A DNA stretch of 64,000 nt from an uncultured Phycisphaerales bacterium. GTDB lineage: Bacteria > Planctomycetota > Phycisphaerae > Tepidisphaerales > Tepidisphaeraceae. The stretch covers positions 2,144,001-2,208,000 of the forward strand of contig CAVWVQ010000003.1 in the NCBI GenBank assembly GCA_963758525.1, written 5' to 3'. This document shows, piece by piece, positions 1-8,833 of this stretch. Under the pieces are notes generated by a model. That model had not been told where the DNA came from, ran no database searches, and was given only the letters and a program-made list of their open reading frames with translations. The translations under genes were made by a program, and so were the position numbers. Positions within the stretch are counted from its first letter, which is position 1. The number at the start of each line of letters is the position of its first letter.

Positions 1-254
1 GCCGCGAGCAGGGCAGGGAGATACGACGGCTCGTCGGCTGCGTTTGGCACGACGACAATCATGTCGACGATTGGCTTGGCGGCGAGGCCGGGCACTGACG
101 TGGAACCGACGTGCTCGACCGCGAGAGCCGTATTGCCCAGCGCCTCCTGGATCTTCCGTGCGTGGGGCACGAACTGCGCCGGCCAGCGCGGGTCGTAGTC
201 GACCATCACGATTGCGCGTTTCTCGATTCCACCGATCAGCTTTTCGTCTTCCAT
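1..254 (-). CDS. GrpB family (UPF0157) nucleotidyltransferase-fold protein, partial (runs off window)
   Basis: Manual translation from ATG at 254: MEDEKLIGGIEKRAIVMVDYDPRWPAQF...EHVGSTSVPGLAAKPIVD, the GrpB signature; absent from ORF track because it is truncated by the window edge. Confidence 0.9.
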   Translation of the reverse strand, partial: MEDEKLIGGIEKRAIVMVDYDPRWPAQFVPHARKIQEALGNTALAVEHVGSTSVPGLAAKPIVDMIVVVPNAADEPSYLPALLA

Positions 255-270
255 TTCGGTTGGCGATGGT

Positions 271-589
271 TTACTCGATAGTGACGATGTAGCTCACCAT
301 CCACAATTCCAACTGCTCAAGCTTGGTCTTCCATCGACGCTTGAACGCCTTCATACAAGCCGGTTTTTCGGCGTGTCTGGAACATCGATCACAAGAAGAA
401 CAAGGTTATCCGGTAGACGCTCACACCCTGCTGCCAATGACCTTCAATGCGTTGGGTTTCGTAGCTCGCCGCCCCGAATTAACCAACGATCTCAAGCACC
501 GCATCTGCCAGCCATTCGGCAGGAATATCGCGGCCATCATTAAACTGGAGCGGGAGCAGCACCTCGAATCGCCGCCACTCGCTGCTCAT
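271..589 (-). pseudogene. Small hypothetical protein B (homolog of 58294..58608), interrupted
   Basis: Manual translation MSSEWRRFEVLLPLQFNDGRDIPAEWLADAVLEIVG*FGAASYETQRIEGHWQQGVSVYR/DNLVLLVIDVPDTPKNRL/MKAFKRRWKTKLEQLELWMVSYIVTIE; in-frame TAA at 479-481 and two frameshifts. Confidence 0.75.
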
Positions 590-762
590 AGCTCGCCTTG
601 CCCTTCACCGTGAATGGAATGTTCTCCCGAGCCAGCGCCTCTAACGCCGCTTCCGGCACCAGGTGTACGCCTTTTTTCAAGCACCCGCCCTGAGAATCGC
701 CCCAACAGGTATGCCAGCCCCCGCCGTTCGGTCGCACGATCTGGAAAGGTGATCATGATCAT
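540..762 (-). pseudogene. Small hypothetical protein A (homolog of 58110..58337), frameshifted; overlaps protein B by 50 nt
   Basis: MIMITFPDRATERRGLAYLLGRFSGRVLEK/GVHLVPEAALEALARENIPFTVKGKASYEQRVAAIRGAAPAPV; frameshift at T6 run near 672-677. Confidence 0.65.
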
Positions 763-1518
763 CGAGGTGCGCTTCAGGCGCAGATCAGTTCCGACGGAGG
801 ATCCGTCGGATTTGGGAGATTCTCAATCAAGGTCGATTGCCGTCTGCGGAATTTGTTGGAAACAGGTTCAATGGATAGCTCTTCATGGGCAGCGGAGAGC
901 GCCGCGAGGATTCTCGCGGAAGTTGAGGAATGGTCCGCACGGCGGCTCGACGCCTTCGTCGATTCGGAACGCGCGCTGGAGCCGCCGAGCGGACCCTCCG
1001 TTTCTGGACGGACGGAATCGTCGGCAGCGGAGAAACCGAAGGCCCATCAATGTCGCACGGCTTCGAGCGAGAACGATGCCGTGACGCAAGGACGACAGAT
1101 CCGCCTAGACAGCGGCAGGTTCAGCACCAAGGCACGCTCCGATTGACGACGCAGGCAGACCATGGCCGAGCGAGTGGGGAATCAGTGAGTGAATGGCCGC
1201 AAAAAACACAAAAACACAAAAAGGGAAATAGAGAGGCGACTGGCAATAGTAGAAGTCGCGCGATGTCGCATGGCGGCACCTCTCGCGTCGAAGAACAGGA
1301 CGGCAAGCGGGGGGCAGAGCGCCGGCGCGTGGCGCGAGCCCGGCTGTCAACCTTGACTGCTGCTTGTCAGATACCCATTACACGTAAAGAAATGTCAAAA
1401 ATGTAAAGCCGAAAGCAGTTTTCGGGGCGTGGCGGGGTTACGCCGGCGGATAATTTCACCTTGGGACGCTCTCCGCGTCCGCTTCCAGAAAGAGCGCAAA
1501 AATAGACAAAGTCGGTGT

Positions 1519-2093
1519 CTACTCGACGATCGTCACCGGCAGCCAGCGGCGGCCCCAGGCGATGGCCTGGTCATGCGTGGGGAAGAAGACGTCGATGCGA
1601 TGGCCCTTGATCGCTCGCCCGCGGTCTATGACTTCGACGGGTTGCCCCGCGGCATAACCGGGAATCTTGAGTTGGGTTTCGAAGGGAAGCAGTTTGGTGT
1701 CGGCGGCGACGAAAAGGCCGCCGTTGTACACCGTCGATCGGCCGCTGGCGGTAATTCCGCAGGCGCGCGGCCCGCAGCACTTTTTGCAGCCGCAATACGC
1801 GGTCACTTCCATCCAGATGGTATGCGCATGGGATCCGCGCCGGCCGGTTCGCTCGGAGCGTTCGTCGTGGCCACGGTCGGCGGTGTGTCGGCAACGTCGT
1901 GCAGCAATTCAACGGGCCTGTCCGTGAAGTTAGCGAGCCGCGGTTGAATCGGAGCTGAGTAGAGCGCGGCAGAGCGCGCGGAACGCGAATCGACCGTCAA
2001 CGCGACAATGGTGAAACAACAAAGTCCCAGCGCGAAGGAGCGCGTGCGCAGGATGCCCCAAAAAGGAAGGAGACTGGATCGTTTTTTAGCCAT
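1519..2093 (-). CDS. 3D (Asp-Asp-Asp) domain protein with N-terminal signal/anchor, frameshift near 1815
   Basis: 1519..1812: VTAYC...GITASG...VAADTKLLPF...DRGRAIKGHRIDVF; N-terminal hydrophobic half in ORF 1803..2093. Confidence 0.85.
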
Positions 2094-2509
2094 CCGTGGC
2101 TCGCTGCCAATTGCCCGCTATGGGCCGTTTGCGCCAGACCGAGAATTCCTCAAGAAAGGCAAGGCTGGCTGCCGATCATTCTGAATTGGTAGAGATATCC
2201 GCGGGCGCGTCTTCCGTCAATGGGCGAAAAGCACGAGATACGTGCTCGCATGGGTCATGAACCCCGCCGGGTCGGCGGTACGCGGAAGGCTCGGAGCGAT
2301 TGCGCGCGGACGGCCCCCTGGGCCGCAGGCTCTGCTGCAATTGCAACGGCGGCGGTTTGAGTCACCCATGCATCCCGGCTGGTTGGGCGGGAATGCTCAA
2401 GGTTAGTTTGTGCGAGATTCTCTTCGGCCGAAGTTTGCGGCGCGTTGCACCATCGTGAAGTGGGGATCAGCGGCGATTGTTTGTTGGCTTGCGGGTGCCT
2501 GAGAGCTGT

Positions 2510-4651
2510 TCACGCCGATCGTTTTGCCTTGGCGCGTTCGTCCAGTGCTTCCAGCGAGATGGCCGGAGCGCCCTCGTGCTCGGCGAGGAACTTTTGTGCC
2601 GCAGCTGCGGTCAGGGGGCGACTGAAGAAGAACCCTTGCGCGTATTCGCATTCCATCGCCTGCAGCATGATCGCCTGGTCAATCGTTTCGATTCCTTCAG
2701 CCACCAGACGGATGTCGAGGTTGCGCGCGAGGGCGACGATGGCATGCACGACGGCGGCGTAGTCGCGCCGGTCAGTCATGAAACGCACGAAGGTCCGGTC
2801 GATCTTCAAGCCGCTCAGCGGCAGCCGATGCAGATAGCTCAGCGATGAATAGCCGGTGCCGAAATCGTCCATGGAGATGCGAACGCCCAGCCCGCGGAGG
2901 TGTTCGAGAACCGGGATCGATGCATCCGCATTGCGGATCATCACCGTTTCTGTCACTTCGAGCGTAATCGACGCGGGGTCCGCTCCGGCGCGGCGGATGA
3001 TCTGCTCGACGTTCTGCACCAGGTCGGGGACCAGCAGTTGCTTGGCCGAGAGATTCACGCTCATCGACAACCCGGGAATTCCCGGGTGGCGGCCCTGCCA
3101 TTCGACCAACTGCCGGCACGCCTCGGCCAAGACCCAGTAGCCGATCGGGACGATCGTCCCGGTTTCCTCGCTGATCGGGATGAACTCATTGGGCGGGACG
3201 AGCCCGCGCACGGGATGATTCCATCGCACCAGCGCCTCGAAGCCATGCAGGGCGTTGGTCGCCAGCGAGATGATCGGCTGATAGTGCAACACCAGCTCGC
3301 CCCGGTCCGCAGCCTGACGAAGTTCGCCTTCCATCTCCAGGCGGCCGAGAATTTCCTCGTGCATCTTGCGGTCGAACATCACGTACCGCGCCTTGCCGGC
3401 GTGCTTGGCGTGATACATTGCGGTGTCGGCGTCGCGGAGCATCTCCTCGGCGCGTTTGTATCCGACGGCACTGGTGGTGATGCCGATGCTGACGGTGCTG
3501 GTCACCTTGTGACCCTTCAGATCGTATGTTTCGCTGAGGATGTCCAGCAACCTGGCGGCAACGTCGCCCGCGTCTTTCGGGTCGCGCAGATCGTCGGCGA
3601 GGATGACGAATTCATCGCCCCCCAGCCGCGCGGCGGTATTGCGCTCGGGGGTGCCGACCGAATCGGTGGAGCGGAGCGACTTTTGCAGGCGATGCGCGAT
3701 TTCGACCAGGAGCGCGTCGCCGACGTCGTGACCCAGGCTGTCATTGACCAGCTTGAAGCGGTCGAAGTCCAGGAAGAGAACGGCGAAGTGATAGGCGGGA
3801 TTGCGGCGCTGGCGCAGCAGCCCGTGCGCCAGTCGATCCTGCAGCAGGGCGCGGTTGGGAAGACCGGTGAGCTTGTCGTGCAGGGCGGCGTTCTCCGCCG
3901 ATTCCTTCGCTTCGCGCAGCAATTCCTCGCGCGCAGCCGCTCGGTCATCTCGGCGCGCAGCGCGTCATTGGTCCTGGAGAGCGCCACGGTTCGTTCGACC
4001 ACCTGCGATTCCAGCTCGATATGCGCCCGCTCGAGCACCTCGATCGCCCGCTTTCGGTCGGTGATGTCAAAAGCAATCCCCTGCAAGAACTGCGGAACGC
4101 CCCGCTCATCGCGGATCAACTGACATTCGCCATGCACCCATACGATGTGCCCGTCACGAGCCAGCAACCGATACTCCGAGCGGAAGTGGATTCCCGCGGC
4201 GCAGGTCTGTGCAAACTCGGCGCCCCACCGCTGGCGGTCATCAGGATGGACCCGGTTGTACCAGAGGAACGGATTGTCGAGCCACTCCTGCTGGGAAAAC
4301 CCCAGCAACTGCTCGATCTGCGGGCTGACGTAAAATTCCGTCTGCGATCCGTCGAGCGAGGCGAGAAACGTGACGGCTGGAATCTTCTCGACCAGCGCGA
4401 TATCGCAGCTCCGCGTTTTGCAGACGCATGTCGCCCGGCTCGCCCGAGCCAGTCGCGCGCGGCACGATTAACTGCTCAACCGCCTGCCCTGAGCCGGCGT
4501 TCAAATCGATCATCCCCTTGAGAATCAGCTCGGCCTGCTCGGGGGACAGTTCCGACTGGGTCGTGGAAAAGGCCGTCAGGGCCTCGTGCGCGGAGCGCCC
4601 GAGGCCTTCGTTCTCTGGCGCGGGATGGTGATTTATGCCGGTCTTCGCCAT
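2510..4651 (-). CDS. PAS/PAC-GGDEF-EAL diguanylate cyclase/phosphodiesterase, split by frameshifts near 4395 and 3930
   Basis: PAS ([12 protein letters not shown]...VHPDDR...[11 protein letters not shown]), GGDEF ([27 protein letters not shown]), EAL ([22 protein letters not shown]) across ORFs 4241..4651, 3517..4308, 2510..3922. Confidence 0.92.
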
Positions 4652-5655
4652 GAGGGTTCAACATTCAGGGAGCCGCGTGTGAAATTGCGCAGAGCACGAA
4701 CGGTTCGGCCGTATACTTCCACGGCGGTGGTCGAAAGCTTTGCCCCCGGAGGTTCATCCATAAAGGGCATGAATTTGTCGGGGAAACCCGGCATGGTGCA
4801 GCCGATGCAGATGCCCCCCACGTTCGGACAGCCGCCGATGCCTGCCATCCATCCCCGCTTGGCAACGTTGCAGTTGACGACGGGTCCCCAGCATCCGAGT
4901 TTCACGATGCATTTGGGCGAGCCATACTCTTTGGCAAAATCCCCCTGCTCGTAATAGCCCGCCCGATCGCAACCCTCATGAACGGTTTGTCCGAAGAGCC
5001 AGGTAGGCCGCAGACGATCGTCCAGCGGAATCATCGGCGCCATTCCCGACGCCTGAAACAGCAGATAGAGCAGCGTCTCCATGAAATTATCCGGCTGCAC
5101 CGGACATCCCGGGATATTGACAATCGGCAGCCCGCCCGGCGATTTCCATCCCCAACCCAGATAGTCCGCCAGGCCCATGCACCCGGTGGGGTTGCCATCC
5201 ATTGCGTGTATCCCGCCGTAGGCGCTGCACGTGCCGGCGCACATCACCGCCCATGCCTTCGGCGCAAGCCGGTCAATCCATTCGCAGGTGGTGATCGGCT
5301 GGCCTGTCTTTGCATCGGTCCCCAGCGCGGCCCAATATCCTTCCCTTTTGTTCTTTTCGTTGGGGATTGAGCCCTCGACAACCAGTATGAAGGGGTCCAG
5401 AAGGCCCTGCTCCGCGTCGTACCAATATTTCATGAACTCGTCCCCGTTCTCATAAGCGAGCACGGGATTATGGAGATGAACCTTCGGGAGCCCCGGAATC
5501 GCCCCCATCACGATATCTTCCACGCTCGGCTGCGTGGCCGCGGTGATAGAGACCGAATCGCCATCACACCCAAGCCCGGCGGTGATCCACAGAACATGCA
5601 CCTCCTTGCATCGTGATGCAGTGCCGCGATCCGTGCTGGCTCTTTGCTCGAACAT
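4633..5655 (-). CDS. hhyS: [NiFe]-hydrogenase small subunit, group 1h (HhyS-like), no Tat signal
   Basis: LWITAGLGCDGD, GTCSAYGG, PGCPVQPD, VHEGCDR, KCIVKLGCWGP, GGCPNVGGICIGCTMPGFPD; the CxxD proximal ligand and extra medial Cys are typical of group 1h. Confidence 0.88.
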   Translation of the reverse strand: MFEQRASTDRGTASRCKEVHVLWITAGLGCDGDSVSITAATQPSVEDIVMGAIPGLPKVHLHNPVLAYENGDEFMKYWYDAEQGLLDPFILVVEGSIPNEKNKREGYWAALGTDAKTGQPITTCEWIDRLAPKAWAVMCAGTCSAYGGIHAMDGNPTGCMGLADYLGWGWKSPGGLPIVNIPGCPVQPDNFMETLLYLLFQASGMAPMIPLDDRLRPTWLFGQTVHEGCDRAGYYEQGDFAKEYGSPKCIVKLGCWGPVVNCNVAKRGWMAGIGGCPNVGGICIGCTMPGFPDKFMPFMDEPPGAKLSTTAVEVYGRTVRALRNFTRGSLNVEPSWRRPA

Positions 5656-5723
5656 ATAGTCAATGGCAGTTTGTTGTGACGCTAATCAGGCCTGCGCGGA
5701 TCGTCAAGAGCGTTGGCAAGATC

Positions 5724-7250
5724 TGTCGTCGGCCGATAGTAATGTCCGGTCTTCGGCAAATAGAAATGTCCGGTTGGACGAAGAGAGTGGATGGAGAAAG
5801 ACCGGATCGAGATGACTCAGCGTGAGCGGGACGTTCTGAAGGTGATGTCGCTGGTATTGAAAGGAGATCGGACGCAGGTGGAAGCGGCGCGGCTGTTGAA
5901 GCTGTCTGTGCGTCAGGTGAATCGAATCCGGCGACGGCTGGTGGCTGGTGGCGACGGCGCGATTGTGCATGGGTTGCGCGGCAAGCCGTCCAACCGCCGG
6001 TTCGGCGAGGCGGTTCGGAAGCAGGCGTTGTCGTTGTATCGCCGCAAGTATTTGGGATTCGGTCCGACGCTGGCCTCGGAGAAGCTGGCGGAAGATGACA
6101 AGGTGGTTGTGGCGACTCGGACGCTGCGGGAGTGGATGCTGTCAGAGGGATTGTGGCAGCGTCAGCGGCGCCGGGACAAGCATCGCCAGCGTCGTGCGCG
6201 GCGAATGTGTTTCGGGGAGATGGTGCAGGCGGACGCCAGCACGCATGACTGGCTGGAGGGTCGGGGTCCGATGCTGGCGTTGGTGGGGATGATCGATGAT
6301 GCGACGGACCGGGTGGTGCTGAGGTTTCATGAGTCGGAGACGACCGAGGCGTACATGGACGTGCTGGGGCGTTGGATCAGGAAGTTTGGTCGTCCGGTGA
6401 GTTGGTACAGCGATCGCCACGGCATTTTCCGGGCGGAGGAATCGGTGGCTGGTTACGACGAGAAGCAGAGCGTTTCGACGCAGTTTTCCCGGGCGATTGA
6501 CGAATTGGGAATGGAGTTGATTCTGGCCAATTCCCCGCAGGCGAAGGGGCGTGTCGAGCGATTGTGGAGCACATGCCAGGATCGATTGGTCAAGGAACTG
6601 CGGCTGGCCCAAACCCGTACGCTGGAGGGGGCCAACGGGGTGTTGGACGAGAAGTTCAGCGGTTGGTTCAACCGTCGCTGCACCAACAAGCCCGGCGGCA
6701 ACGACGCGCATCGCCCGATCGACAAGCTGGACCTGGATGCGGTTCTATCGATTCAGCATGAGCGTGTGGTGATGAACGATTACACAATCCGCTTTGAGAA
6801 CCAGGTGTATCAGTTGCTGCCGCCGGCGTTGCCCGGCCAGCGCGGCGGGAAGGTGATTGTCGAGAATCGAGCGGACGGGTCGATGAGGATTCGTTTCAAA
6901 GGCAGATATCTGGCATGGGAGCCGGCGCTCGCGGCGTCGGGAAAAAAGAAGGAAGCGGATGAATTGGGGGCTCTGCCCCCGACCCCCCGGAGTTTGCCGC
7001 ATGGGCTGATCCCCGTGATGAAAGCAAACGACCCGGCCGAAGGCTCGACCGGGTCGATCACGGTACATCAGACCGGCGGGCGCTCGGGTCGCACTCCTGC
7101 GGAGCCCTGTCCTTCCGCCGGCGGCAGTTGTGGTAGCTCAAAACAATCGTGGCGTCCAGCGTCAACCCATCCCTGGCGCAGATCCGCCACGGCGTGAACC
7201 GGACATTTCTATCGGCCGGAAACACCGGACATTTCTATCGGCGCTTGACA
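5724..7250 (+). mobile_element. IS1202-family (formerly ISNCY) insertion sequence with 16-bp direct repeats
   Basis: IRL TGTCGTCGGCCGATAGTAATGTCCGG vs IRR revcomp TGTCAAGCGCCGATAGAAATGTCCGG; subterminal ATAG(A/T)AATGTCCGG doubled at each end; GAGCGTTGGCAAGATC at 5708-5723 and 7251-7266. Confidence 0.92.
5791..7197 (+). CDS. DDE transposase, ISNCY/IS1202 family
   Basis: N-terminal HTH, GEMVQADASTHDWLEGRG, IDDAT, YSDRHGIF, SPQAKGRVER. Confidence 0.93.
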   Translation: MEKDRIEMTQRERDVLKVMSLVLKGDRTQVEAARLLKLSVRQVNRIRRRLVAGGDGAIVHGLRGKPSNRRFGEAVRKQALSLYRRKYLGFGPTLASEKLAEDDKVVVATRTLREWMLSEGLWQRQRRRDKHRQRRARRMCFGEMVQADASTHDWLEGRGPMLALVGMIDDATDRVVLRFHESETTEAYMDVLGRWIRKFGRPVSWYSDRHGIFRAEESVAGYDEKQSVSTQFSRAIDELGMELILANSPQAKGRVERLWSTCQDRLVKELRLAQTRTLEGANGVLDEKFSGWFNRRCTNKPGGNDAHRPIDKLDLDAVLSIQHERVVMNDYTIRFENQVYQLLPPALPGQRGGKVIVENRADGSMRIRFKGRYLAWEPALAASGKKKEADELGALPPTPRSLPHGLIPVMKANDPAEGSTGSITVHQTGGRSGRTPAEPCPSAGGSCGSSKQSWRPASTHPWRRSATA

Positions 7251-7447
7251 GAGCGTTGGCAAGATCAAACGCGACCGCCAACCCCTTTTCGATGTGCAAA
7301 CTGCGCCGCCTCATCAGCAGGATCGGCAATCGACACGCGACCGGTGAATGTTTTGAACAAGAATTGGATAAAAATCGGAAAACGGTCCGCACTGAAGAGT
7401 TCGCCGCGTCGCGCACTTGGAGATTCGCGGCGGCAGTTGCCCTGCGC

Positions 7448-8023
7448 TCACTTCTTCAAGAAGTTCGCCAGCAGTTTCTCGCCCTGCTCGGTGAGAAAGC
7501 TCTCGGGATGATACTGCACGCCCTCCAGCGGCCAGGTCTTGTGCCGAATGCCCATGATCTCGTCGTGCTCGGTTCTGGCAGTCACCTCATACTCGGCGGG
7601 CAGCGTGCCGGGACGGATGATCAGGCTGTGGTACCGCGTCGCGGTGAAGGGGTTGGGCATATCAACATAGATGCTCTTCCCATCGTGGTGAATCCGGTCG
7701 GTCTTTCCGTGCATGAGCCGCTCGGCGCGGACGACTTCCGCGCCCGCGGTGAAGCCGATGCACTGATGTCCGAGGCAGACGCCCAGCAAAGGAACCTGCG
7801 GCGCGAAACGCCGGATCACATCGTTGCTGAGCCCGCCCTCGCGCGGGGTGCAGGGGCCAGGGGAAATGACGATGTGCGTCGGCTTCAAATCCTCGATCTC
7901 CTGGAGGGTCACTTTATCGTTGCGGAAGACGCGGATGTCCGTCCCCCCGACCTCCCCCAGCTTCTGCACGAGGTTGTAGGTGAACGAGTCGTAGTTATCG
8001 ATGAGCACGATCATTGAAGCCAT
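7448..8023 (-). CDS. trpG: Anthranilate/aminodeoxychorismate synthase component II (glutamine amidotransferase)
   Basis: IDNYDSFTYNL, ISPGPCTP, GVCLGHQ, RYHSL, GVQYHPES. Confidence 0.92.
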   Translation of the reverse strand: MASMIVLIDNYDSFTYNLVQKLGEVGGTDIRVFRNDKVTLQEIEDLKPTHIVISPGPCTPREGGLSNDVIRRFAPQVPLLGVCLGHQCIGFTAGAEVVRAERLMHGKTDRIHHDGKSIYVDMPNPFTATRYHSLIIRPGTLPAEYEVTARTEHDEIMGIRHKTWPLEGVQYHPESFLTEQGEKLLANFLKK

Positions 8024-8184
8024 TGAGCGTATGACGCGGCCGGGAAATTGGCAAAGCGCCGTCGGAGCCGGATTTGTGGCGGGTTTGGGAATAAGAAAAT
8101 GTCGCGCATAGTTGGCCCGTTACTTGATCGGATCTTGCCCGACTCTTAATCTCATATGCGGCGGCTCTGGTTGGAGGGTTCCAG

Positions 8185-8436
8185 ATGGCACTCGGTGCGG
8201 AAAAGGATCATCTCGCGCTTATTCGCATCGAAGGCATGCATTGCCATAAGTGCGAACGCGCGATTCAAAAGGCACTTGCGACAAACCCCGGAGTTCACGA
8301 AGTGGAAGTCGACTTCAACAGCGGCCAAGCTTCGGTGCTCTTTGATCAGGGGATGGTGACCATTGAGACTCTTCTGGACTCAGTGACATCGGCCGGCTAC
8401 CGGCCGCTGAGCTGTACAGAGCGCGAGTCGACGTAG
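8185..8436 (+). CDS. Heavy-metal-associated domain protein (CopZ-like chaperone)
   Basis: IEGMHCHKC metal-binding motif and ferredoxin-like HMA pattern ending in AGY. Confidence 0.85.
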   Translation: MALGAEKDHLALIRIEGMHCHKCERAIQKALATNPGVHEVEVDFNSGQASVLFDQGMVTIETLLDSVTSAGYRPLSCTEREST

Positions 8437-8468
8437 GGACAGAGCGTCCGTATCCAGCACGATCACGG

Positions 8469-8726
8469 CTACCCTTCATGCCGGCGGGCGGCCTGAACCT
8501 GGGCGACGAACTCGGGGAAGGTCGGATCCTTCTTGAATCGGCCGGACTGCAGTCGCCACCAGTTGCGTGGCGTGGGGAGCGCCGCTCGAACAGGCGCATT
8601 CAACGCATCAAGCGAGTTCAAGGACGCGGCAAAATCGCGGAGAACCTTGGCCACTTCCTCGGCTTTCCGGGCCGCACGCGTTTGCGGCGTTGGTCGTTTC
8701 GAAGATCGTCGCGCGGACATAGCCAT
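8469..8726 (-). CDS. Small hypothetical protein, possibly antitoxin-like
   Basis: ORF 8469..8765; C-terminal WWRLQSGRFKKDPTFPEFVAQVQAARR resembles tails of small antitoxins (from memory). Confidence 0.45.
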   Translation of the reverse strand: MAMSARRSSKRPTPQTRAARKAEEVAKVLRDFAASLNSLDALNAPVRAALPTPRNWWRLQSGRFKKDPTFPEFVAQVQAARRHEG

Positions 8727-8833
8727 AACGTCCCCGATTATCGGCCCGAAGATTGGGGCAATCAAGGAAAGTTACTCGCGCTCGAAGCCCCGCGGTCTTT
8801 ACTTGGGGCAAGCACCCCGCGGACGCCGGAGCG

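Noticed and set aside
853..1406. ORFs 853..1146 and 930..1406
   Set aside because: No recognisable motifs, overlapping alternative frames and low-complexity content; cannot be supported as genes.
2094..2400. Possible c-di-AMP or c-di-GMP riboswitch upstream of the 3D-domain gene
   Set aside because: Only a GCAAAC-like fragment is present; the conserved cores could not be matched by eye. An Rfam/Infernal search is needed.
4633..5655. Classification as a group 2b/2c sensory hydrogenase (HupU/HoxB)
   Set aside because: Motifs (GLGCDGD, HEGCDRAGYYEQGDFA, GGCPNVGGICIGC) fit group 1h better; phylogeny is still needed to confirm.
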